DNA from: Macrostomum lignano
Lineage: Eukaryota
DNA: 64,000 nt
Reading direction: 5' to 3'
NCBI GenBank assembly: GCA_002269645.1
Contig: NIVC01001395.1
Span: 124,001 to 188,000, forward strand
The notes under the pieces were generated by a model. It did not search any database and was not told the DNA's origin. It saw only the letters and a list, made by a program, of their open reading frames with translations. The position numbers and the translations under genes are program-made. Of this stretch, positions 1 through 59,795 are shown one piece after another (position 1 is the first letter of the stretch; each line of letters starts with the position of its first letter).

Positions 1-121
1 TTTTAAACTCCACTTACAGTTTTAGCTACCCTGGATGTCTGCAGGTCTTATGCATTTACCGGTGTAGTCCTGGGTCGGAGCCCCCTGTCGTTTGTTCCAT
101 GCCTGTGCTATCTGCTTTGAG

Positions 122-642
122 TGAAAGAGTGGCGCCTCATAGGCTAAAAGACTGGCGCCCCATAGGCTGAAAGACTGGCGCCCCATAGACAGAAAGAGTG
201 GCGCCCCATAGGCTGAAAGACTGGCGCCCTATAAGCTGAAAGACTGGCGCCTCATAAGCTTGAAAAGTGGCGCCCCATAAGCTGAACGAGTGGCGCCCCA
301 TAGGTTGAAAGAGTGGCGCCTCATAAGCTGAACGAGTGGCGCCCCATAGGTTGAAAGAGTGGCGCCTCATAAGCTGAACGAGTGGCGCCCCATAGGTTGA
401 AAGAGTGGCGCCTCATAAGCTGAACGAGTGGCGCCCCATAGGTTGAAAGAGTGGCGCCTCATAAGCTGAACGAGTGGCGCCCCATAGGTTGAAAGAGTGG
501 CGCCTCATAAGCTGAACGAGTGGCGCCCCATATTTTGAAAGAGTGGCGCCTCATAAGCTGATCGAGTGGCACCCCATAGGTTGAAAGAGTGGCGCCCCAT
601 AGGCTGCAAGAGTAGCGCCTCATAGGCTGCAAAAAGTGGCGC
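122..642. repeat. Minisatellite, 23-bp unit GAGTGGCGCCYCATARGYTGAA
   Basis: Direct reading. Confidence 0.95.
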
Positions 643-767
643 GTACTTTTGCTTCTCTCTCTGCGTCGCTATAAAATCGGAAAAGAAATTTAAAAGCTTC
701 GTTCATATCCTCAACGTCTACTACAAGTAGCCTGTATGAGAATTTTTCGTTCAATTAATTAACGTAG

Positions 768-1027
768 GAAACAGTCACCTGCTGCAAGTGAACGAAATGT
801 GGAAGCGTCTGCTGAAGCGTCTGGATGGTCGCGGATGCATTTTGAAATCGAAGGCGTCGTTTCCCTTCGGTGGTGAATCAAAGCAGGCTCCCTGGTTTCA
901 TCCGGATTCTGCGGAGGCGAAAGCGGCGAGGGCCAACAGAGAGTTGGAGAGCGACTCCGATCGTGAGGCCAGCTCTGACGATAGCCCTGCCGGTGGAGAT
1001 GAAGATAGCGATTGTAGTGACTATTGA
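768..1027 (+). CDS. Probable terminal coding exon of an upstream gene (acidic C-terminus, product unknown)
   Basis: Acceptor-like AACGTAG| at 767 opens a stop-free, GC-richer frame to TGA 1027; AATAAA near 1263; no recognisable domain. Confidence 0.4.
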
Positions 1028-1059
1028 CCAGCTCTGGCTTATTTGGATGGGTAAGAGGA

Positions 1060-1188
1060 AGAGAGAGTAGATAGAGAGGGACACAGGTAGAGGCAGAGGT
1101 AGAGAGGGAGAGAGGTAGGTAGAGAGGGAGAGAGGTAGGTAGAGAGGGAGAGAGGTAGGTAGAGAGGGAGAGAGAGAGAGAGAGAGAA
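1060..1188. repeat. GA-rich 20-bp repeat / (GA)n
   Basis: Direct reading. Confidence 0.85.
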
Positions 1189-1534
1189 ATGTGCAGAACA
1201 CTTGTATTTAATTTTAGCAGACTTAAATATGTTATCTCTAATTTACATTCTAATTGTTTAAAATAAAGTAAACAATAAATCTGTTAATTTGATATTTTCG
1301 TTTTTGCGTTTAGTTTGCGTGGTTTGTGCGCATTTTGCCGTGCAAAAACTGTGTATTGTAGCCAATATCATCCACTTTTTATCGGATTTTTTATCTTCTC
1401 ACGTGATAAAAAATCCCACGTGACTGACGCAGCATGGTCTAGCAACAAAAAAATTCTTCAATACCGACGTAAAATTTGATGCACCTAGCAACCGTTTATG
1501 AGCAAGACTGAAGCGCATAACAACCAAATTCGTT

Positions 1535-2112
1535 GCCTTAGCAACGAACTTAGCGCCATTAGCAACCAACTTAGAGCCATTAGCAACCAACTTAGCGCCA
1601 TTAGCAACCATATTAGCGCCATTAACAACCAAATTAGCACCGTTAGCAACCATATTAGCGTCATTAGCAACGAACTTAGCGCCATTAGCAACCAACTTAG
1701 CACCATTAGCAACCATATCAGCGCCATTAGACACCATATTAGCGCCATTAATAACCATATCAGCGCTATTAGCAACCAAATTAGCGCCATTAGCAACCAA
1801 CTTAGCACCATTAGCAACCAAATTAGCGCCATTAGCAACCAAATTAGCGCCATTAGCAACCATATTAGCGTCATTAGCAACCTAATTTGCGCAATCGGAA
1901 AATTTTAGGAGCAAAATCTAGACTTTGCATATAAGTATATGGCACTTTGCTTATAAGTCTAGATTTTGCTCCTGGAATTTTCCGATTGCGCAAATTGGGT
2001 TGCTAATGACGCTAATATGGTTGCTAATGACGCTAATTTGGTTGCTAATGGCGCTAATATGGTTTCTAAGGGCGCTAAGTTCGTTGCTAATGACGCTAAT
2101 ATGGTTGCTAAC
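1535..2112. repeat. Palindromic structure: 21-bp minisatellite arms in opposite orientation around an inner inverted repeat
   Basis: TTAGCGCCATTAGCAACCAAA array (1535-1882), inner arm to 1924, 31-bp spacer, mirrored arm from 1956, reverse array to 2112. Confidence 0.9.
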
Positions 2113-2414
2113 GATGCATTATTTTTTGCTCCGATGCATTATTTTCTAAACTGTTTATTCTCGCGGAATTTTTATTGCCTGCAAAATTTGGAAGCGCTGT
2201 TAACCCTGAATTGTGTGTTCTGTATTTTATGAAGCCGATTTATCGTGGTCTCGAAGATATTTCTTCATTTTTTTAATTCTCACTTGGCTCCAATGGTCTT
2301 TGCTGCTTGGCTGTTTTTCTTTTTCCAGATGCAGATTTTTTGCCTAATGTAATTTAAAATTTGTTTTGCTGTGTTTGATGCGTGTTACGCGTCACTATTT
2401 AAATTTCCGTTTCT

Positions 2415-2612
2415 AATGGGCCAGATGTGCAACCGACAGCTCAGCCGCAGGACTGGGGGGGGGGGGGTCGCCACACACACCCTCAAGTACCTCAGCTAAT
2501 TCCGGCACCCATTTTACAGCTGGGTAAAAGGTGTTTTGCTCAAGGACACAAATTGTTTCTAGTTGGGTCGAGAATCGAACCCCCGGGCTTCCAGTCTACA
2601 ACCTATAGGCTC
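2415..2612 (-). mobile_element. tRNA-derived CORE-like SINE fragment
   Basis: - strand has B box GGTTCGATTC followed by GTGTCCTTGAGCAA...CTGTAAAATGGG, resembling the MIR/CORE-SINE core. Confidence 0.6.
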
Positions 2613-4412
2613 ATTTAAACAGGTCGTCTCTTCAGATATAAACCCCATCAAGCATGTCTGAGAGCTGCTGCTGAGTGCATTCCAAATACACAAGCCGTGT
2701 TTCACTTACCATAACTTAAGGATTGTGAAAAGCTTCTCTCGATCAGTAGCTTACTACCCTATCTGCTCCTCATTGTTGTACATGACTCACTCTCTCTAGC
2801 CTAAGCTTAATTATTGTTTAACAAGTGCCGACCAATCACGCATCACTTCACGACTACGCCACCCAATACCGACTGGCAAATATATTGAGCAGACTTCATT
2901 AAGCAAACCTAAAATTCGCTTTAAAAATCTTATCTTGCAAGTCAGTTTTTATTATTTTGTTGAACTACGCTCTAACAGTAATGTGGTCACAAATGCCAGC
3001 TGCAATCACAAATACCAGTTTGTGACACGGCACTCGTCACCCTCTTAACGCTTTGCTCATGGCCAACTCTTTCATCGGCACATCCTCGTCACTCGTCACT
3101 GATGGTCCTTCTCTTGACGGCTCTGCTACTTAGTCTCCGGATCGTATTAGTAGTGGACCCAGGTTTCGTCGCGTGTGAGGATATTTTCCACCGAGTTTGA
3201 GCATGAGACGCCATGCAGGGCTATGCGGTTCTGAGCGGCACTGAACTGCATGATGGGGCTGAGGTGATCGTGCAGGATCTTATAAACGATGGTTGAATCC
3301 GACACTCGGACAATATTTTCTAACTATCAAATCTGCCGATCTTCATTCAGCACCAACGACTCCGTCTGTAAGGGCGGAACTTGGAGATGGTTGGTCATTC
3401 AGACTGACCAAGCCGCAGTGGTCACCGAGGGTTGAGCAGAACGTTTGGTGGCCACGCAGCCGCCGTACTGCTCAGTCAACACTGGACGAAGATTGCGACA
3501 CGACTGACTGACTAGATCAGTCAGGGTGGGCATTGATGACCGAAATTCAGTAAAACTTTGGCGACCACATGTTTCCTGTAGTAGGAAGCAGGAAGACCCC
3601 TCATATAAACGTTCCAGAGAGAACTTTAAAATAGAAATGACCAGTGCACACTTAAATAAGTTACTAACACTAGATGATTAACAAAAGTTTGCCCTGATTC
3701 GTTTCGCCTCGAGTATCTTGTGTTGATATAAAATAACTTCGTCGAATTTGAATTTTTAGTATATAGCAAAATAGCTTCATAAAAACTTAAAAATAGGATT
3801 CGTGAAAACACTTTTCCTCATTAAAAAGCGAAAAACTATCCATAATCTTAAAGCTCCGACAGCGCTGAAGAGAATCAGTGAAAAAATCAAATATGATATT
3901 TATTTTTTAATTGCATATTTCTGTCTCGCTTTCTGTCTCTGAAACTGACATCAATCTGTCAATTCAATTAGTCCGATGTGAAGTTTCTGCGCCACATCAG
4001 ACAGGCCTGCGCAGCGAATTAATGTACTTTTAATATTCAGCTTTAGCCCTAGGCTCTCATTAGTCTACACGTGCGCAGCTAAGAGAATTGCGTAACACGC
4101 AAGAGTACTTTTAGCGACTCTAAAAGGCTGGTCACCTACAGCCTCCCTTTACTTCCACTGATATCTCATTCAGTTTCACACATTCGGCATATTTCCCGGG
4201 CAGTTCTAATAACTGCAGTGACATAAACCCACAGTTGAATAATGATTACAACGGTCTCCAGAATTTATTTATTGAGGTCACATAGCCTCAGCCACAGCTC
4301 AGCACAACCCCATCGCAGTGCATTTCAGTTCACAGAGTCAATCAGCTGAAGGTCAGACAGGCGGAGTTTGCAGCGTCCAACGAAAGCCAACGCGGCAGTT
4401 GGGCGACCCGTG

Positions 4413-4861
4413 TCAGGTGCAGCTGAAGGTCTGCTGCGTTCTCGTCAGGCAAATATAAGCGCCGAATACGTCTGTTGCTACGCAGTATCCAAGGCAAAAT
4501 ATTTCATCCACGTGGATTTCAGCAATAACACCATTAGGGTTAAAGAAGTGGCAGGACTCGAACCACCAACCGGTTTTTTTTGTTTGTGTTACTGAGCATG
4601 ACCCATGTAGGCCGTCATTGTCCCTATCGTAAGTGCTGAACTGCTGAAGGTTGTGAAACCGTCGTGTGTTATTATAGAGGTTGCCACTATAGAGGTCGCC
4701 ACCCGGATCCTCACCCCCGAGCAGCAGCGTGTAGTTCGTGTTTTCTCCGAGCACCTGAAAGCCAGTGAAAGTCTGACGCATCAGTGAGCCGTCAAATCGA
4801 GCTCCCTCAAAGGTGAACTTGCAGTTCCGGCCCTTCGTCATGGCTGACAGCTGCTCCAGAC
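4413..4861 (-). CDS. Fibrinogen-related domain (FReD) terminal exon, copy A
   Basis: Acceptor TCTGCAG|GT at 4861; GLEQLSAMT..FSTYDRDND..C..GWWFESCHFFNPNG, typical fibrinogen C-terminal motifs; AATAAA about 140 nt past the stop. Confidence 0.85.
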
Positions 4862-5287
4862 CTGCAGAGTCGGTGAGTTCAGAATTGCCTATCAACTGTG
4901 GCGGCCGGCACTGCTTTAGCTCGTAAAGCGATGGTTTGGACAGCTGCTTTGCTTTGTTCCCCGCCACACGTAAGTGTCAAAACCGAGCCGTCAGGTGGAA
5001 TTATTTCTTGACTTGATCTGTACTGTGAATATCTAATTCTTTTCTCCTTCGCCTCTCTCCGCCCTTCTGCCCGCTCTCCTTCCCCACTTCCCTTCTGGGG
5101 TCTGTGAGCAGCACTGATTCGCTGTCACTGGATGTCCTGAGCTGACTGACTGAGTCTGCCTCCCTAATCGGCCTGTCTCTGCCTCCTGTCCTCACCAGTA
5201 CCTGCTCCGTATTTCACACAAGGCTCTTGAATTGCGTTGGATAATCACTCAGATGGGCTCTGAGTCACCCAGGCTCAGGCCGCTCAC

Positions 5288-5825
5288 CCATCCAGTAGTT
5301 GCCGCTGGGATCTCCGAATCCTGTGCGAACGAGAGGCTGTTATCCATGTGTCGCTGGAAGACAACCTCAGAGCCGACCTCAGGACTGAGAACGGAGCGAT
5401 CGGACACTGCTGAACTCTTTCTGAGAGCCGTCTTGCAAGCCATCGGGCGCGAATCGCACAGCCTTTCGGATGTAGGATGGATCCGAAGAAATCATTATTC
5501 TCCTGATATTCAAGCACCTGCGCCAGGTGTTGCACAGAAACACCAGCTCACCGGCAGTTCCATCGCTGGACACTCGACCCATGAGGAAGGCACCGAAGTT
5601 TTTTCTCAACATTCCACTTTCAGGAATCACTTTCAGTCCCGTGACACGTCGTTCGGCCACTCCAGTGATATTGAGGTCCAGTGAGAGCTCGAAGCTATCA
5701 TAGAATGGGTTGTACCTCAGGCTTGCAGGCTGCCTCACGAAGTCCACCGAGAACTCACAGGCAGAGGTCCTCCGTACGACGGACAGCCAGAGAACAAGGA
5801 GAAGCAGCGCAGAGCGGAGTTGCAT
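5288..5825 (-). pseudogene. FReD gene exon 1 (signal peptide, N-terminal region, first part of FReD) with frame breaks as assembled
   Basis: ATG 5825 MQLRSALLLLVLWLSVV leader. VFQRHMDNSLSF and GFGDPSGNYWMG lie in different frames and the usual W-x-x-Y between them is missing. Phase-1 donor ATGG|GTGAGC at 5287 joins exon 4861 to give MG-LEQL. Confidence 0.6.
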
Positions 5826-5905
5826 GGCTGGCTGCTGAAGATTTTCTGCTTGGAAGCGCTTTCAACCTTGGAGATCGGATTCGGAGTGGCGAAGAGCGCT
5901 GCTGC

Positions 5906-5913
5906 TTATAAAG
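5906..5913 (-). promoter_or_regulatory. TATA-like box upstream of FReD exon 1
   Basis: TTTATAAG on the - strand about 85 nt upstream of ATG 5825. Confidence 0.3.
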
Positions 5914-6284
5914 AGTCGCCAGCTCTGTTAGTAATGCTTCTTCGCTGCTAGTGGGCCGCTGCATTCTTTAACATTGCTGATTTCGATATTCCGACAGCTT
6001 TTTGCCACACCATTTGATCAATACCATTCTGCACATCTCACAATTCACTATACTTTATTGACTGGAAAAATTGACTCAAGAAAATCTTTTTCTTTTGCTA
6101 ATTGCTCGAGTTTCGTTACAAGTAGCTGCAATGCAGTCAAAAACGTAGTGAAAATTGTTGAATTAGTCTGCTCAGCAATGTTTCTTATTTTAAGTTTCTC
6201 CGAATTTCATTTTTTTCCTAGTGCCGCAGATACTGCAATTTCAGAGGCCAAAGGGCTCGTTCAAACCGGCTTAAAATTAAACCA

Positions 6285-6329
6285 ATTTTGAAACCAATTT
6301 TGAAACCAATTTTGAAACCAATTTTGAAA
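6285..6329. repeat. 12-bp repeat AACCAATTTTGA x4
   Basis: Direct reading. Confidence 0.9.
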
Positions 6330-6727
6330 ATGAACCTTTGTTACGGCTTCTACTTCTGCCGTGGACCGTGTAAACTGTCACTGGCCTGCCGTAGGTTAAC
6401 AGGTGCCATTTGTCGACCGACCATACCACTGCGAGCGTCTCCTTTTCGCCGACCGAGTAGTTTCATTCGGCCGGAGTTAGGGAGTGATTATCGAACGCAA
6501 TTCAAGAGCCTTGTGTGAAATACGGAGCAGGTACTGGTGAGGAGAGGAGGCAGAGACAGGCCGATTAGGGAGGCAGACTCAGTCAGTCAGCTCAGGACAT
6601 CCAGTGACAGCCAATCAGTGTTACTCACAGATCCTAGAAGGGTAGGTCGTATTGGAGAAAGAAGAGCGGCAGAGGGGCTCAGCGACAGCCACGGGGACGG
6701 GCAAGTCCTAATTCACCGATCCCGCAG

Positions 6728-7161
6728 GTCTGGAGCGGCTGTCAAACATAACCAAGGACCGGAACTGCAAGTTCATCTTTAAGGCAGCTCGATTTGACGG
6801 ATCACTGATTCGTCAGACTTTCACTGGCTTTCAGGTGCGCGGAGCGGACGAGAACTACACGCTGCTGCTCGGGGGTGAGGATCCGGGTAACGACCTGGAT
6901 AGTTTGACAAATTGGATTCACAGCGGAAGGCAGTTCAGCACTTACGATAGGGACAATGACTTTCTCACTCGGTCGTGCTCAGAACATGCGCAGAATACCG
7001 GTTGGTGGTTTAAAACGTGCCACCTATTCAACCCAAACGATGTGATTGCCAGCATTGATTATGGTTCAAGAACTTGCCATAAATACTGCTCATCAAAGGT
7101 TGTATCAACTCGCGCTTTTGTTTGCCTGAAGATAACGCAGCTGAGCTTCAGCTGCACCTGA
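6728..7161 (+). CDS. FReD terminal exon, copy B (intact, but no exon 1 of its own seen)
   Basis: Acceptor CCCGCAG|GT at 6727; GLERLSNIT..FSTYDRDND..GWWFKTCHLFNPN; open to TGA; AATAAA at 7301. Confidence 0.8.
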
Positions 7162-9123
7162 CACGAGTCGCCCAACTGCCGCGTTGGCTTTCGTTGGACT
7201 CTGCGAACTCCGCCTGTCTGACCTTCAGCTGATTGACTCTGTGAACTGAAATGCACTGCGATGGGGTTGTGCTGAGCTGGAGCTGAGGCAGTATGACCTC
7301 AATAAATAAATGCTGGAGACCGTTGCAATCATTATTCTACTGTAGGTTTATGTCGTTACATTAGTTAGAGAGAGGTTTAAAAACTGCAGGGAAATATGCC
7401 GAATGTGTAAAGCTGAATGAGATGGCAGTGACAGCAGATCGGGAGGCTGTAAAGAGGTATTTGCTCAGCAGAGCAAAGTTTTCTTAGTACTCGTAAGTTT
7501 TCTAACTTCCTAACTAGTAAGTTATTCTTAACTTCCCTTAAAAATGCACCCAAGTCCTACAAACGTATATCTTGAAAATTTCAGCAAGATAAAACGAATC
7601 CTGATAATATATGTATCGCCTACTGCTAGTAGCTGATTGGAGTGTGCGAAATTTGCTTTTTTGCGCTTCGTTGTCAAAAATGTAACGTTACTTCATGATG
7701 TCGAACTTGATTTGCTGAAAAGTTTGGTAATTTTTAAGCGTGAAAAAAGTTCACACACCCTGGATCTAAGCCACTTTAATAAATATTCGTTTTTCCAGTT
7801 TCTAAAAATCCATTTTCGTGAAGAATGTTAGCCAAAATACCCGTTGCCACAGACTTCATGTCATACCAGTACCGTATAGATTTATTAATACAGGTTGTAA
7901 AAATAATGCATCGTATTTTTATAAGCCGGCGTTGGAGTGAAAGCTTTGAAGTGACCAGAGAAGTTCTGGATTAATTGGGCAATTAAGGAGACAAAGCATA
8001 AAGGTCTTAAGCTTCTGTTATCGAGACTAGTAATAGTGAATCTAGCCAAGGACACCTTGAACTAGAAACCTGGAGTCGAAACAGCTCTTTTATACCTAAA
8101 ACTTGTATGTTTTGTATAGATACGACAAGACGGACTGAAGTATTTTTCAATGTTCACAAAAAAGATATTAAATTATTTTGAAGTCATTAAAATTAGTTAT
8201 ATTACACCGTGCTTTTTCAAATTCGTTATAACTGTATTTTTTTAGCTGAACAGATTTTAAAAAAGACTGATATAATTAAAAATACAGTCTCCATATTTAA
8301 AATTGTTGGCCGTTTAGACAATTTTTTATAAACAGAAATGTTTTTCTGTTTGCTTATTACTTGATTAATACATTTTTGTTATTTTCTTAACTAAATTTAT
8401 AGGCTCAAAACTGCTTAAACTGCTAATAGTAGTCAAGTTATAAAAGTGGAATTTTTATTTTACGAAACTATAAAAATATTTAAATGCTAGTGTAAGAGTT
8501 GATTAAAACTTTAAAAATCAAATCAAATTTAAACAAAGATTAGAGTTGATCGAAGTAGAAGTTAATATGATGGCTAGATGTGGTATATTATCATTGGCTT
8601 CCTTGCTCTTAGCCCCAGTAATAAAGTTCACGGGTCACGGGAAAGGTAAAACCAGAGGAAGTGAAAGTCGCGCTTCGAAATTGGGGTTGAGCAGCGTGGG
8701 CTGGGTGACTCAGCCCTTCACTTCCCCGCTCTGGCTTGAGCACGGACTTCCAGCTCTCCCTCACCCTTCCTATTCTCCCCTAATCCCATAGTCTCTGCAG
8801 TGCCATGCACAGCGAATTATGATGGAATGAATGCTTTAAGCATAAGGGAAAGGAATTCCACATTTACACAGCACGAGTCGGAATTCTGGCACATCAAACA
8901 ATGTGGAGGATTTTGTTGAATTCCTAATCATTGTTCAATATTTTCTTTTCATTTTTTAGGAGTTTTCCTGCGATCGATATGCGTATTGTGATTGAATATT
9001 TATTTAACATTTTTACACAAAGTTGATAGGGTAATCGCGTTATGATTCAGGTAATAGCGGTGTCCAAGTCATGGACACCACAAGCCAAGAAGTCTGTGGA
9101 CTTCTAGTCGCAACTTGGACTGG

Positions 9124-9531
9124 CCATCTCAATATGATAGGGGCGCCATCTCAATTTGATAGGGGCGCCATCTCAATATGATAGGGGCGCCATCTCAATT
9201 TGATACCGGGGCGCCATCTCAATTTGATAGGGGGCGCCATCTCAATTTGATAGGGGCGCCATCTCAATATGATAGGGGCGCCATCTCAGTTTGATAGGGG
9301 GCGCCATCTCAATTTGATAGGGCGGCGCCATCTCAATTTGATAGGGGGCGCCATCTCAATTTGATAGGGGGCGCCATCTCAATTTGATAGGGGCGCCATC
9401 TCAATTTGATAGGGCGGCGCCATCTCAATTTGATAGGGGGGCGCCATCTCAATTTGATAGGGGGCGTCATCTCAATTTGATAGGGGGCGCTATCTCAATT
9501 TGATAGGGCGGCGCCATCTTAATTTGATAGG
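9124..9531. repeat. Minisatellite, about 22-bp unit GGGGCGCCATCTCAATTTGATA
   Basis: Direct reading. Confidence 0.95.
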
Positions 9532-9714
9532 GCCACAAACTAGATAACTAGCTTTTTTACTTTTGTAAGACGCAGTTTATGGGCTTACTCCAGATTCTGG
9601 TGTAAAGACTCCTTGGTTGAGACCCCCCACAGGAGTAATGGTTGGGAGAGTCACCCCTGGCCCGCCCATTATGGCTTGGGCATTCTCAACATTAGCGCGC
9701 ACATTGCCTCTCCC

Positions 9715-9865
9715 ACAGCCAATAGGGCGCGGGTTCTCTTGTCTCCCTGTCTCTTCCCCCAACCCTCCCCCACCAATGCATGCACGCGAAATCCCAACCC
9801 TTTATAAACCCCAGCACTTACCTTCCTTCTCTTATTTAAGTGACACTAAACTGACTGACTGACTG
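9715..9865 (+). promoter_or_regulatory. Possible sdk core promoter / 5' region (CCAAT near 9719, TATAAA 9803-9808, (CTGA)4 near 9850)
   Basis: Motif match only, upstream of the ATG at 9990; no transcript data. Confidence 0.25.
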
Positions 9866-9989
9866 ACTTCATTGTGCGTTGCCATTTTTAACAGTTTTAC
9901 TTGTTGTATAGCAAAATTTAAGTCTTACACACACAGGGGCATACAACACCCAAGGAAGTTGGACTTCAGGCCGCAGTTTCTCTTCGGCT

Positions 9990-59574
<49,585 letters not shown>

Positions 59575-59654
59575 CTTCCCTAAGTGGCGCTAATTATTTC
59601 ATTAATTGTGGATCTAAATAGCAGAGTTCAATGGGATAAAATGGATAGGGCACA

Positions 59655-59795
59655 TCTTTGAACGTAGATTATATTTAGGGATCTTTGAACGTAGATTAGG
59701 GATCTTTGAGGGTATAGATAGATAGGGATCTTTGAAGGTAGATTAGTGATGCTTGAACGTAGAATAGGGATCTTTGAAGGTAGATTAGGGATCAG
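59655..59795. repeat. Degenerate 21-bp repeat GGGATCTTTGAASGTAGATTA downstream of the sdk stop
   Basis: Direct reading. Confidence 0.8.

Larger units (their letters stand above)
4135..7452. repeat. Inverted duplication: arms about 4135-5250 and 6482-7452, with a unique spacer 5251-6481
   Basis: 5090-5250 is the reverse complement of 6482-6642 (about 7 mismatches in 161 bp); exon 2 and 3' UTRs also align in inverted orientation. Confidence 0.92.

Noticed and set aside
1399-1908. Heptad-repeat coiled-coil ORFs
   Set aside because: Translations of a 21-bp minisatellite, open in three frames at once.
3540-3580. LTR primer-binding site (TGGCGACCAC)
   Set aside because: No adjacent LTR end (CA) and no gag/pol sequence nearby.
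4862-4967. N-terminal extension of ORF 4413-4967 as real protein
   Set aside because: It lies upstream of a clear acceptor at 4861, and the paralogous copy diverges completely there.
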